64,000 bases of DNA, from contig JAIESQ010000011.1 in NCBI GenBank assembly GCA_019745975.1, forward strand, positions 8,433 to 72,432. The letters run 5' to 3'. This stretch comes from Pirellulales bacterium (GTDB taxonomy: Bacteria; Planctomycetota; Planctomycetia; Pirellulales; JAEUIK01). Numbering within the stretch: position 1 is the first letter of the stretch; each line of letters opens with the position of its first letter. The position numbers were made by a program, and so were the translations under genes. Positions 18,753 through 28,896 of this stretch are shown in pieces. A model generated the notes under the pieces. The model searched no databases. It was not told the DNA's origin and saw only the letters and a list, made by a program, of their open reading frames with translations.

Positions 18753-21700
18753 ATGCGACTGCCAGCTCAACGCCATTGGCTTTTGATGCTGTGCGCGGTT
18801 GGGCTACCGGTCCTGAGATCGGCGATCGCCGTTGCCGATGAACCGCGACCGCCTGCGTTTTCGGCGGCCGATCTGGAGTTCTTCGAGACCAAGGTGCGTC
18901 CGCTCTTGGTCGCGCGCTGCCACGAATGCCACTCTGGCGACAAGCCGAAGGGAGGGCTGCGGCTCGACGCGCGCGCGGCGGTGTTGGCCGGCGGCGATAC
19001 CGGCCCGGCCGCGATTGCTGGCAAACCCGACGAGAGTCTGCTGGTCGACGCCGTGCGTTACGGCGACACCTACCAGATGCCCCCCAAAAGTCAGTTGCCG
19101 GCCGAGGAGGTTGCGGTGCTGGCCGATTGGGTGGCGCGCGGGGTGCCTTGGCCCGACGAAGCGGCGCCGCCGGCAGCCGCGAAGCCGTCGAGCGACTTCA
19201 ACCTCGCCGAGCGCGCCAAGCACTGGTCGTTCCAGCGGCTGACTGATCCAGAGCCGCCAGCAGTGCGCGACGCATCGTGGCCGCGTGGGGCCATCGATCG
19301 GTTTATTCTAGCGCGGCTGGAAGCGGCCGGACTTGCGCCTGCGCCGCAGGCCGATCGCGCGGCGCTCTTGCGACGCGTGACGTTTGATCTCGTGGGGTTG
19401 CCGCCCACGCCCGAGGAACTGGTCGCGTTTCTCGCGGATACTTCGCCTGACGCGTACGAGCGCGCGGTCGATCGTTTGCTGGCCGCTCCGCAATACGGCG
19501 AGCGTTGGGCGCGCCATTGGCTCGACCTGATGCGCTATGCCGAAACACACGGCCACGAGTTCGATTTCGATATTCCAAACGCTTGGCGCTATCGCGACTA
19601 TGTGATTCGCGCCTGCAACGACGATCTGCCCTTCGACCAATTCGTCGTGGAACACATCGCTGGCGACTTACTCGAGCAGCCGCGCGCCAATGCCGCCGAC
19701 CGGACGAACGAGTCGATCCTGGCCACGGCCTGGTGGTTCTTGGGCGAGGCGGTGCATTCGCCGGTCGACGTGCGGCAGGACGAGGCCGACCGCATGGCCA
19801 ATCAGATCGACGTGCTCGGCAAAGCGTTCGTCGGCCTGACGATCGCCTGCGCGCGGTGCCACGATCACAAGTTCGACCCCATTAGCAGCCGCGACTATTA
19901 CGCATTGGCCGGCTACCTGCAAAGCTCGCGGTATCAGCAGGCGTATATTGATTTGGCGGATGCGGCGGTGCCTTTGGTGGAGTTCGACTCACTCAGCCGC
20001 GCGAACAAGATCGTCGAGCAGCTTTTGGCCGCCGGCGTACCACCAGCGCCGGCCGGCGCCGACGTCGTCGCGCCCGAGCCATCGCAATCGGCTACTCGCG
20101 ACGGAGACGTGCTCGTGGCCGAGTTCGCCGACGGGGATTACGGCGGCTGGTCGGTTACTGGCCCAGCGTTCGGCACGCGCGCCTTGCGCCCGGCCGACGT
20201 GTCGCCCGGCGAGGAGACCGATCCGCGCAAGTTGCGCAAGGTTGGCTCGAGCCTGGCTCACAGCGGCGCGCTAGCAGGCAAGCTACGCGGCGCGCTCCGC
20301 TCGCCGACGTTCGAGATTACGCGCAGCAAGCTTCTCTATCGCGTGGCCGGCACTTCGGGCAAGGTACGGCTCGTGCTCGACGGATTGCAGCTCATTCGGG
20401 CGCCGATCTACGGTGGTCTGGAGTTTGCGCCGGGAGGCCCCGAGCTCCAGTGGCACGTACAGGATGTCAGCAAATGGATCGGGCATCGGGCCTACATCGA
20501 ATTGGTCGACGATGGAGATGGCTGGTTGGCGCTCGATCGCGTGGTGCTCAGCGATCACGACGCACCTGGTGACCCAGGCGGAGCGCACTACCTGGCGACG
20601 GACCTGGCGGCTTGCCGCGCTGCCGAGCGTGACAACGCGTTGCTTGCACAATTCACGTCCGCCCCCGGCGATGCCGTCGCGACACAAGGCTCGGCGCCGA
20701 TTGAATTGATTGAGCGTTTGACGGCCGAATTGACTGCGCTGGTCGACGCGCGGCGACAACTTGAAGCGGCGATCGGTGCGCCCCGTTTGGCGCCGGCGAT
20801 CCTCGACGGCACCGCCGAGAACGAGCGGCTGATGATCCGCGGCAGCCCAAGGACCCTCGGTCCCGAAGTGCCGCGTCGCTGGCTTGAAGCGCTCGGCGGC
20901 CGCGATACTCCACCTGAGCAAATCGGCAGCGGTCGGCTCGAACTCGCGCGGCAGATCGTCGACACGAGCCGCAACCCACTCTTGCCGCGCGTACTGGTCA
21001 ATCGGCTCTGGCATCATCATTTTGGCGCGGGGCTGGTGCGCACGCCCGACGATTTTGGTGTAATGGGGCAAGCGCCGACCCATCCGGAGTTGCTCGATTA
21101 CTTGGCACGCCGCTTTGTCGATTCGGGTTGGAGCATCAAGGCCATGCAGCGCGAGATCGTGCTGTCGAGCACCTATCGCATGGCCAGCGATCCTCGCCCC
21201 GAAGCCGACACCGCCGATCCCGAGAACCGACTGTGGCATCGCCGGGCGATCCGCCGGCTCGAAGCCGAGTGTGTGCGCGACGCGATGTTGGCGATTTCCG
21301 GGCGGCTTGATCCCACGCTCTACGGACCGAGCGTGGCGCCGCATTTGACTGAGTTTATGATTGGCCGCGGCCGGCCGAGCGAATCAGGTCCGCTCGATGG
21401 CGCTGGGCGGCGCAGCATTTACCTCAATGTGCGACGCAATTTTCTTTCGCCGCTGTTGATGGCGTTCGATTACCCCACGCCATTCACGACCATCGGCCGG
21501 CGGAGCGTGTCGAACGTGCCAGCGCAGGCCTTGGCGATGATAAACAATCCGCTGGTCGCGGGCGAGGCGGCCCGTTGGGCCGAGCTTGTGCTCGCGCTAC
21601 CCGATGTCTCGGACGAGGAGCGTGTCGAGCGCATGTTCGCGGCGGCATTTTGTCGCCCGCCGAATGCAACGGAACTCGCGACCGCGCGGCAGTTCTTGGA

Positions 21701-21821
21701 GTCGCAGCGGAGCGGCGCCCGCGAATCGAGTGAAGGTAAGCCGGCGCAGCCCGAGTTGGCCGCCTGGACGGGGCTAGCGCACGCGCTCTGGAACGTGAAG
21801 GAGTTCGTGTTCGTGCCGTGA
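18753..21821 (+). CDS. Planctomycete cytochrome c / DUF1549 / DUF1553 protein
   Basis: FFETKVRP...CHECH, HWSF, YGERWARHWLD, CARCHDHKFDP, THPELLDYLA, VPAQAL. Confidence 0.95.
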   Translation: MRLPAQRHWLLMLCAVGLPVLRSAIAVADEPRPPAFSAADLEFFETKVRPLLVARCHECHSGDKPKGGLRLDARAAVLAGGDTGPAAIAGKPDESLLVDAVRYGDTYQMPPKSQLPAEEVAVLADWVARGVPWPDEAAPPAAAKPSSDFNLAERAKHWSFQRLTDPEPPAVRDASWPRGAIDRFILARLEAAGLAPAPQADRAALLRRVTFDLVGLPPTPEELVAFLADTSPDAYERAVDRLLAAPQYGERWARHWLDLMRYAETHGHEFDFDIPNAWRYRDYVIRACNDDLPFDQFVVEHIAGDLLEQPRANAADRTNESILATAWWFLGEAVHSPVDVRQDEADRMANQIDVLGKAFVGLTIACARCHDHKFDPISSRDYYALAGYLQSSRYQQAYIDLADAAVPLVEFDSLSRANKIVEQLLAAGVPPAPAGADVVAPEPSQSATRDGDVLVAEFADGDYGGWSVTGPAFGTRALRPADVSPGEETDPRKLRKVGSSLAHSGALAGKLRGALRSPTFEITRSKLLYRVAGTSGKVRLVLDGLQLIRAPIYGGLEFAPGGPELQWHVQDVSKWIGHRAYIELVDDGDGWLALDRVVLSDHDAPGDPGGAHYLATDLAACRAAERDNALLAQFTSAPGDAVATQGSAPIELIERLTAELTALVDARRQLEAAIGAPRLAPAILDGTAENERLMIRGSPRTLGPEVPRRWLEALGGRDTPPEQIGSGRLELARQIVDTSRNPLLPRVLVNRLWHHHFGAGLVRTPDDFGVMGQAPTHPELLDYLARRFVDSGWSIKAMQREIVLSSTYRMASDPRPEADTADPENRLWHRRAIRRLEAECVRDAMLAISGRLDPTLYGPSVAPHLTEFMIGRGRPSESGPLDGAGRRSIYLNVRRNFLSPLLMAFDYPTPFTTIGRRSVSNVPAQALAMINNPLVAGEAARWAELVLALPDVSDEERVERMFAAAFCRPPNATELATARQFLESQRSGARESSEGKPAQPELAAWTGLAHALWNVKEFVFVP

Positions 21822-21887
21822 GGTGAAACTGTATATGCACTGGAGCCTTCTCCAGGCGTAGAATATCCTCTTTCGAGGGTCGACACG

Positions 21888-22133
21888 ATGAACACAGATT
21901 TCGAACAACTGTTTCAGGCGGCCATGCATTTGCCTGAAGTACAGCGAGTGGAACTTGCCGATTTGTTGTACGAGAGCCTGGATGTCGCTGCGGACCCCGA
22001 TGTTGCTGAAGCGTGGCGGCGAGAAGTTATACGACGCCTCGCGGCATTCGACGACACTCGGGATGGTACTACGCGATGGGAAGAGATTGAGGAGAGGCTG
22101 ACGAGGCGACTTCATGGTCCGCATGCCGATTGA
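21888..22133 (+). CDS. Addiction-module antitoxin
   Basis: L..QRVELADLLYESL...AW.REV.RR pattern; overlaps a ParE-like gene. Confidence 0.85.
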   Translation: MNTDFEQLFQAAMHLPEVQRVELADLLYESLDVAADPDVAEAWRREVIRRLAAFDDTRDGTTRWEEIEERLTRRLHGPHAD

Positions 22134-22413
22134 GTTCATCGCGGATGCCGAACACGATGTCGACGACGCATTCAACTGGTATTTCGCGCGTAGCACTGAG
22201 GCAGCCTCCAGGTTTCTGGTCGCGCTCAGGAATTCCATCGAACTCATCGCCGCTGGGCCTGAACACTGGCCGCTCTACGCCGAAACGACGAGGAGCTGTC
22301 CTCTTCGCAAGTTTCCCTATCGAGTGGTCTTTGTTGTCATGTCGGATCGAGTACGCGTAGTCGCGGTAACGCACGAGCGTCGCAAGCCGGGATATTGGAA
22401 CAAAAGGTCGTAA
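22114..22413 (+). CDS. RelE/ParE-family toxin
   Basis: AFNWY, RFL, FPYRVVF, VAVTHERRKPGYW. Confidence 0.9.
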   Translation: MVRMPIEFIADAEHDVDDAFNWYFARSTEAASRFLVALRNSIELIAAGPEHWPLYAETTRSCPLRKFPYRVVFVVMSDRVRVVAVTHERRKPGYWNKRS

Positions 22414-22419
22414 TCGTCG

Positions 22420-23868
22420 ATGCACTGTGGCCGCTTCCAAAACCCGCCGCTGACTCGCCGCGACGTGCTGCGTCAGGCCGCCAATGGCTTTGGCGCGACG
22501 GCGCTGGCGGCACTATTGGCCGACGATCGGGCGTTCGGTGCAACCGACGCGGCGCGCCAGGTGAGCCAGTCGGTTCGCGGCGGTCCGTATGAGCCGCGCC
22601 CGCCGCACTATCGGCCGCGCGCCACCAGCGTGATCTTTCTGTTCATGGATGGCGGTCCGTCGCAGGTCGACACGTTCGACCCCAAGCCGCGGCTGGCCCG
22701 CGAGCACGGCCAGCCGATTCAGGCCAAGGTGCAGCCGACGCAGTTCGACAATGTCGGTACGGTGTTGGCTTGCCCTTGGGAGTTTCGCCAGTACGGCGCC
22801 AGCGGCATCCCCGTGAGCGACTTGTTTCCGCACACCGCTCGGCACGTCGACGACATGGCGGTCATCCGCTCGATGGTGTCGAACTTCTCCGAGCACACGT
22901 TCGCCAATTACTTCTTGCACACGGGCTCCGGTCAGCAAGGCCGCCCCAGTATGGGTTCGTGGGCGACGTATGGGTTGGGAAGCGAGTGCCGCGACTTGCC
23001 GGGCTTTGTCGTGTTGACCAGCGGGATGATTCCGCCGGGGGGGCTCGATTGTTTCGGCAGCGGGTTTTTGCCGGTGGCGTTTCAGGGGTCGCTCTTTCAG
23101 CGGGGGCCGACACCCGTGGCCGATCTGGCGCCCGGTGAACAAGCGCCGGCGAACGAGGCGGCCCAGCGCGACCTGGTGCGGGCCTTCGATCGGCAGCTCG
23201 CCGAGCGCCGCGGAGCCGACGACCCCTTGGAAGCGGCGATCGCCAACTTTGAGCTGGCGTGCCGGATGCAGACCGCCGTTCCGGAGCTCGCCGACCTGTC
23301 GAGCGAAACTTCGGCGACGCACCAGCTTTACGGGATCGACGAGCCGGCGACCGAGGTCTTCGGCCGACAATGCTTGCTGGCGCGCCGACTCGTGGAACGA
23401 GGCGTACGGTTCATCGAGCTGTTGCCGCAGAACCTGGGCTTCGACCGCTGGGATCAGCACAGCAACCTGCGCGAAGGTCACGCCAAGAACGCGCTGGCAA
23501 CCGACAGGCCGATCGCCGGGCTCTTGGCCGATCTCAAGCAGCGGGGGTTGCTCGAGAGCACGCTCGTGGTGTGGGGCGGAGAATTCGGCCGCACTCCCAT
23601 GGCGCAAGGTGTCGATGGGCGGGACCACAACCCTTATGGCTTCAGCATGTGGTTAGCCGGCGGGGGTATCCGCGGCGGCACGATTCACGGCGCCACCGAT
23701 GACTACGGGTATCACGTGGTCGAAAACAAAGTCGAGATTCACGACCTGCACGCCACGATGCTGCACCTCTTGGGGCTCGACCACAAGCGACTGACCGTGC
23801 GCTTTGGCGGCCGCGATATGCGCCTGACCGACGTGCACGGCGAAGTGCTCAAACGGTTAGTGGCCTAG
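22420..23868 (+). CDS. DUF1501 domain protein (Tat signal)
   Basis: TRRDVL, GGPSQVDTFDPKP, WDQH, GEFGRTP, GRDH. Confidence 0.95.
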   Translation: MHCGRFQNPPLTRRDVLRQAANGFGATALAALLADDRAFGATDAARQVSQSVRGGPYEPRPPHYRPRATSVIFLFMDGGPSQVDTFDPKPRLAREHGQPIQAKVQPTQFDNVGTVLACPWEFRQYGASGIPVSDLFPHTARHVDDMAVIRSMVSNFSEHTFANYFLHTGSGQQGRPSMGSWATYGLGSECRDLPGFVVLTSGMIPPGGLDCFGSGFLPVAFQGSLFQRGPTPVADLAPGEQAPANEAAQRDLVRAFDRQLAERRGADDPLEAAIANFELACRMQTAVPELADLSSETSATHQLYGIDEPATEVFGRQCLLARRLVERGVRFIELLPQNLGFDRWDQHSNLREGHAKNALATDRPIAGLLADLKQRGLLESTLVVWGGEFGRTPMAQGVDGRDHNPYGFSMWLAGGGIRGGTIHGATDDYGYHVVENKVEIHDLHATMLHLLGLDHKRLTVRFGGRDMRLTDVHGEVLKRLVA

Positions 23869-23940
23869 CGCCGGGGCCGGCGATGACACTCCGCATGCCC
23901 GCGGCAAGCGTTAGCATGGCATCCAGGCGCCTGCCTGATG

Positions 23941-25557
23941 TCAAACGGATACGGGCTGTGCCGGCGCCAGTTGTGCCTTCTGAGTGAACTTGATGGGCTC
24001 TGGGCGGCGGAGGATGGCTCCCAAGCGCTGTTCGAGCACGGTATCGCTCTCGTTGGCGATGAGATTCTTGAGGAGTTTCACCAAGCGCCACGGTCGTACG
24101 AGGTACGACAGACCGAAGAACGACGCCATGCCGACGACGCGCCACCATCTGAGCTCGCGGCCGCTCATGTTGCGGCAATAGTCGGTCGCGGAAAACATGT
24201 CCATGAACGCGACCAGCGAGCGGAAGTACTTGTCGTCCAGCTCGCCGATCCGCCCCTCGGCTCGGAGCTGATCGAATAGCGAACTGCCTGGGTACGGCGA
24301 GAATAGGAAGAACGCCGCATCGTGCACCCCGAGGAATGCCAACTTCCAGGCGAACAGCACGCTCTTGACCATGTCGCGGCGCGTATCGTCGGGGAAGCCG
24401 ACAACCATGTTCACTTTCACGCGCACTCCGGCTGCCAGCGCTGAGCGGATCGACTTGGTTAGGCGTCCCAAGTCGACCTGCTTCTTAATGCGCTTGAGAG
24501 TTTCGGGCGATCCACTCTCGGGAGCATAAGTGATGTTGCGGCAGCCGGTGCGATAGAGCGCCCGACTGACTTCGTCGTCGATTACTTCGCTCCGCGTGCC
24601 GGTGGGCAACTGCCAAGTGAAGTTCAATCCGCGGCGCTCAATCTCGCTACAGAATTCCAGAATCCAGCTCTTCTTGAGAATGAACGTCAGATCGTAGAAA
24701 TCGATGTTCCGCGCCCCGTACTTCGCCATGTACAGCTCAATCTCATCCAGCACGTCGGACGGCGAGCGTGCCATCCACAGGTTGCCGTACATCACCGGGT
24801 TCGAGCAGAACGTGCACTTGTAGGGGCAGCCACGCGTCGCCAGGATGCCCATGCTGCGACCGCGAAACACGCCGTGAGCATTGCGGGTGGAAAGATAGAC
24901 CTCCATGTTGAAGTAGTGCCAGGCCGGGAAGGGCAAGTCGTCGACGGCCCGAATGCGCTTCCGAGAGCAGGTCTGGACGATGCGACCGCGCTCGAGAAAC
25001 GCCAGACCGGCGACTTGCCGTAGTCGGTCTGGGTCGTCGAGGCTATTGACTAATTCGAGCAGCGTCTCCTCGCCTTCGCCGAGCACGCAGTAATCGAGTT
25101 CCGGGCAATCGCGCAGGCAAAACTCGGGCAGGGCCGTGACGTGCTCGCCACCAACAACGATCACCGTTCGGGGAAACCGCGCGCGAATGGCGCGCATCAG
25201 GGTCCGCAGCCAAGGCCAGTCCTGCGTGAACATGCAGGAGACACCGATGAGGTCGGTGTGGCGGTCAATCTGGTCAACAGTCTCTTCGATCGTCAGCCCG
25301 TGAAACAGGTAGCCGTCTTCTTCAATGTGCTGGTCAACCCCTTCGGCGATCGCATCGATCACCTGCACTTTGGTGCCATTCTCCTCGAGGACGGCCGCCA
25401 AATAGGCCAGCCCCAGCGGGGGGGTAAGTGCCTCGGTCCACGAATTGGTGGAACTTACTTGCGCCGGCCGAATTAACGTCACGAGCTTGACGCTTGCGCT
25501 ACGTGGCGCTGGCAGATCAACTATCGACAGTACCTCGGAGTGTTCCACCAGCGACAT
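23941..25557 (-). CDS. B12-binding radical SAM protein
   Basis: PPLGLAYLAA, GGEH, GEGE, TRGCPYKCTFC. Confidence 0.92.
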   Translation of the reverse strand: MSLVEHSEVLSIVDLPAPRSASVKLVTLIRPAQVSSTNSWTEALTPPLGLAYLAAVLEENGTKVQVIDAIAEGVDQHIEEDGYLFHGLTIEETVDQIDRHTDLIGVSCMFTQDWPWLRTLMRAIRARFPRTVIVVGGEHVTALPEFCLRDCPELDYCVLGEGEETLLELVNSLDDPDRLRQVAGLAFLERGRIVQTCSRKRIRAVDDLPFPAWHYFNMEVYLSTRNAHGVFRGRSMGILATRGCPYKCTFCSNPVMYGNLWMARSPSDVLDEIELYMAKYGARNIDFYDLTFILKKSWILEFCSEIERRGLNFTWQLPTGTRSEVIDDEVSRALYRTGCRNITYAPESGSPETLKRIKKQVDLGRLTKSIRSALAAGVRVKVNMVVGFPDDTRRDMVKSVLFAWKLAFLGVHDAAFFLFSPYPGSSLFDQLRAEGRIGELDDKYFRSLVAFMDMFSATDYCRNMSGRELRWWRVVGMASFFGLSYLVRPWRLVKLLKNLIANESDTVLEQRLGAILRRPEPIKFTQKAQLAPAQPVSV

Positions 25558-25892
25558 CGGGCATTTCCGGGCGGATCAGGAAGTAGGCTGCGCTGCCAGG
25601 CAGTGAACGAATGCCGTTGCCCTGAACCAGGAGGCGCGCAGTGTAACCACGTTATCCAGCTTTTCCGCAGTCTATCCAGTCAAAAAAAGCGGTGTCAAGG
25701 AATTTCCGCCACCCGTCCATCTTTTTACCAGAAAACAACTTAACGCGCGGCGAACGCTTGCTCTAGCCGTCAAAGTCGCAAGCTCCAGGATCGGTAAGCG
25801 TGCCCTTCGAACCGGGTGAATGGGCCCCCTTAGGGCCTGCACCGGGCATGGTATATTCGAGGTTTCCCAAACATCGACGGGGGGAGACGGGC

Positions 25893-26678
25893 GTGCCGGC
25901 CGCACCTGTCATCGACGTAACCGACCTGACCAAACGCTTTGGCGACTTGCTGGCCGTCGACCGGGTATCGTTCGCGCTGGCGCCGGGCGAAATTCTTGGG
26001 CTGTTGGGGGCCAACGGAGCGGGCAAGACGACGACGCTGCAGCTTGTTCTGGGGCTAACCGCTCCGACCAGCGGGCGCATCCGCGTGCTGGGGATGGATA
26101 TCGAGAAAAAGCGCCGCGCGGTGCTGCAGCGCGTGAATTTCTCCAGCGCCTATATTTCGCTCCCCACAAACCTCACAGCCTGGGAAAACCTGCTGGTTTT
26201 TTCGCGGCTCTATGGCCTGCGAAGGGCGCGTGCCAAGATCTTGGGGTTATTGGAGCGATTTGAGATCCCGCACGTGCTCAATCGGGTGGTCGGCAGCCTG
26301 TCTTCGGGACAAATCACGCGGCTCAATCTGTGCAAGGCACTTCTGAACGACCCCGAGGTGCTGTTTCTCGACGAGCCAACGGCGAGCCTCGACCCGGATA
26401 TCGCCGAGAAAGTCCGCTGCACGCTGCTCGATATCCAGCACGAGCGGCATCTGAGCATCATCTGGACGTCGCACAACATGCAGGAAATCACCAATCTTTG
26501 CGACCGCGTGATCTTTCTGGCGCGCGGACGCGTGGTGCTCGAAGGGGGTCCCCAGGAGATTCTCGATCGCACGCGGGCCGACTCGCTCGACGAAGTGTTC
26601 ATCAGCGTGGCCCGCAGCGGCAACCTGCACTTGCCGGCAGTCGAGGCCACGGCCCCGGCGTCGGCCGGCATCCCCTGA
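25893..26678 (+). CDS. ABC transporter ATP-binding protein
   Basis: GANGAGKTT, LSSGQ, LFLDEPT; GTG start after GGAG. Confidence 0.92.
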   Translation: MPAAPVIDVTDLTKRFGDLLAVDRVSFALAPGEILGLLGANGAGKTTTLQLVLGLTAPTSGRIRVLGMDIEKKRRAVLQRVNFSSAYISLPTNLTAWENLLVFSRLYGLRRARAKILGLLERFEIPHVLNRVVGSLSSGQITRLNLCKALLNDPEVLFLDEPTASLDPDIAEKVRCTLLDIQHERHLSIIWTSHNMQEITNLCDRVIFLARGRVVLEGGPQEILDRTRADSLDEVFISVARSGNLHLPAVEATAPASAGIP

Positions 26679-26699
26679 CGTCACGCGAGAGTTACTCCC

Positions 26700-27485
26700 A
26701 TGTGGCTGCGAGTTTCGGCACTGGTGCTTCGGTATCTATTCTTGTATCGCCGGAGCTTGGCGCGGGCCGGCGAGATTGTTTTCTGGCCGGTGATGGAGCT
26801 CCTGGTGTGGGGGTTTCTAACGACCTATCTCGACGAGCTCTCCCCGAAAAAGCCTATGGTTTATCTGCTCGGCGGGTTGATTTTCTGGGATGTGCTTTAT
26901 CGCTCGCAGCAAGCTATCACGCTGGCGGTGACCGAGGAGATCTGGGTCAAGAATCTGCTCAATATCTTTTTGGCGCCGGTCAGCATCTTTGAACTGATGC
27001 TCGCCACGTGCATCATGGGGATCATCAAGTCCCTGCTGACCGGCGTGCTGTTGAGTGTGTTGGCCCTGCTGTTTTACACCTTCAATATCCTCGACGTTGG
27101 GCTGGCGCTGGTCCCCTTCCTGATTTGCCTGCTCCTATTCGGGTGGGCGATGGGGATGTGCACGATGGCGCTCGTGCTGCGGTTCGGCCAGGCGGCCGAG
27201 GCGCTGGTGTGGGGTGTCCCCTTCTTGATTCAGCCGATTTCGGCGGTGTTTTACCCCGTGGCTGTACTGCCCCCGTGGCTGCAGGTGATCGCGAAGCTGC
27301 TCCCCTCGACTTATGTATTCGAGGGCATGCGGACCGCACTCGATACCGGCGAGGTGAGCCTGTCGCTGCTGGGGTTGGCACTCTTGTTGAACTTGATCTA
27401 TCTCGTGGGCGCGGCAGCCTACTTCGGTTGGATGTTTGCCCGCGTCCGCGAAAAGGGCGGGCTGACGCGGCTGGGAATGGAGTAA
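26700..27485 (+). CDS. ABC-2 type transporter permease
   Basis: 6 TM helices; SAVFYPV.VLPPWLQ motif. Confidence 0.9.
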   Translation: MWLRVSALVLRYLFLYRRSLARAGEIVFWPVMELLVWGFLTTYLDELSPKKPMVYLLGGLIFWDVLYRSQQAITLAVTEEIWVKNLLNIFLAPVSIFELMLATCIMGIIKSLLTGVLLSVLALLFYTFNILDVGLALVPFLICLLLFGWAMGMCTMALVLRFGQAAEALVWGVPFLIQPISAVFYPVAVLPPWLQVIAKLLPSTYVFEGMRTALDTGEVSLSLLGLALLLNLIYLVGAAAYFGWMFARVREKGGLTRLGME

Positions 27486-27573
27486 GCTGGGCCGAAGCAC
27501 GTGGTCCCGCAGCGGAGTCTTCGCGAACGGACAACCGGTTCGGGGGATTGGGCCCGATGGGTAGCGCGCCGCT

Positions 27574-28896
27574 CTAAGCCGAGGGCGGAATCTCTCGCCC
27601 GTGCGGGTCGCGCCCGGGTTCGGCAAGTTCTTCGGCAAGCTGCTCTTGCAGCCTCGGCCCCAGATAGTGCTCCAGTCGTTCGGCCGGCTCGTGAAGGTGA
27701 TCCAAGGGGAGCGCGAAGTGCTCTCCTAGGTACGATTCCCAAAGGCGATGCCCGCGCACCAGCATTTGCGCAAGACGGCGGCCGCGCTCGGTGAGCGTCA
27801 GCCCAGTATCGCCGCGGAATGCGACGTCGCCGCGCCACCACAACTGGGCGAGAGCCAACCGGCCGGCGATGGGGCCGCCAGCCAGGCGAGCCAGGTGCCC
27901 GGCGCGAGCGGGCGCGGTTAATGCCGTGGTGCGTGGTGCCGACCGCGCGAGTTCTTCGGCGCGAAACAAGCGGGCGACAACGTCTTCGCCGACAATTCGC
28001 AGGCCCAGTTGCCAGGTGTGCCAAAGCTTGCTTAACAATCCGTACCGCGGAGCGAAGCAAACCGCGACCGCAAACTGTCCGCCTGCCACGACAGCCATCA
28101 TCCCGGCGGCGCTGGTGTTCCAGCGCACGGCGCCCCAGCATCCGACGATGGCCGAAATCGCGCCGACGCAGGCCGCCGCAACCACCATCCTGAGTAGCCG
28201 ATCGGTCAGCAATTGGGCCGTGGCGGCGGGCACAATCAACATCGCGATCACCAGAATGGAGCCCACCGCCTCGAACGAAGCAACGGTCACGGTCGCCACC
28301 ATGCCCATGAACAAATAATGGACCATCCTTGGGCGAAAGCCGAGCGCCGCGGCCAGAGCCGGGTCGAAGCTCGTCAGCTTAAGCTCCTTCCAGAAGACCG
28401 CCAGAAAGACGAGCGTCGCAAGGAGCACCGGAGCCAGCGTCAACAACACCCGCGGCACGTACCAGCGGGCGACGGCAACGACATCGAGCGCCGCGGTATC
28501 GATCAAACCGTACAGCACGCAATCGGCATCGATGTGGACGTTGCGGGCATAGCGAGAAACGAGCACAACCCCCAAGGCAAACAGCGATGTGAAGACGACC
28601 CCCATGCTGGCGTCTTCAGGCACGTTGCCGTAGCGCGTCAGACTATCGGTTAACAGCGACGTGAGAATCGCGGCGGCCCAGGCGCCAGCCAGCATCGTGA
28701 GCACCCCGAGCGAACCCGAGAGCAGATAGCCAACCACGATTCCAGGCAGGACGGCGTGGCTAATGGCATCGCCCAATAGACTCAGGCGGCGCAGCACCAA
28801 GTGACAGCCGAGGACCGCGCAGGCCACGTTCGTGACAATGCCAACGGCCATCGACCAGAGCGTTGCTTCGGAGAGATGGACGCCGAGTACGTTCAT
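27574..28896 (-). CDS. Mn/Zn/Fe ABC permease (TroD/MntD-like) fused to a DtxR-type metal-binding/dimerisation domain
   Basis: GDAISHAVLPG; C-terminal LTERG...HRLWESYL...HEPAERLEH...DPHGREIP. Confidence 0.9.
   Translation of the reverse strand: MNVLGVHLSEATLWSMAVGIVTNVACAVLGCHLVLRRLSLLGDAISHAVLPGIVVGYLLSGSLGVLTMLAGAWAAAILTSLLTDSLTRYGNVPEDASMGVVFTSLFALGVVLVSRYARNVHIDADCVLYGLIDTAALDVVAVARWYVPRVLLTLAPVLLATLVFLAVFWKELKLTSFDPALAAALGFRPRMVHYLFMGMVATVTVASFEAVGSILVIAMLIVPAATAQLLTDRLLRMVVAAACVGAISAIVGCWGAVRWNTSAAGMMAVVAGGQFAVAVCFAPRYGLLSKLWHTWQLGLRIVGEDVVARLFRAEELARSAPRTTALTAPARAGHLARLAGGPIAGRLALAQLWWRGDVAFRGDTGLTLTERGRRLAQMLVRGHRLWESYLGEHFALPLDHLHEPAERLEHYLGPRLQEQLAEELAEPGRDPHGREIPPSA

Noticed and set aside
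21828-21845. LexA SOS box (CTGTATATGCACTGG)
   Set aside because: Right half CAG is absent and the gammaproteobacterial box is not expected in this phylum.
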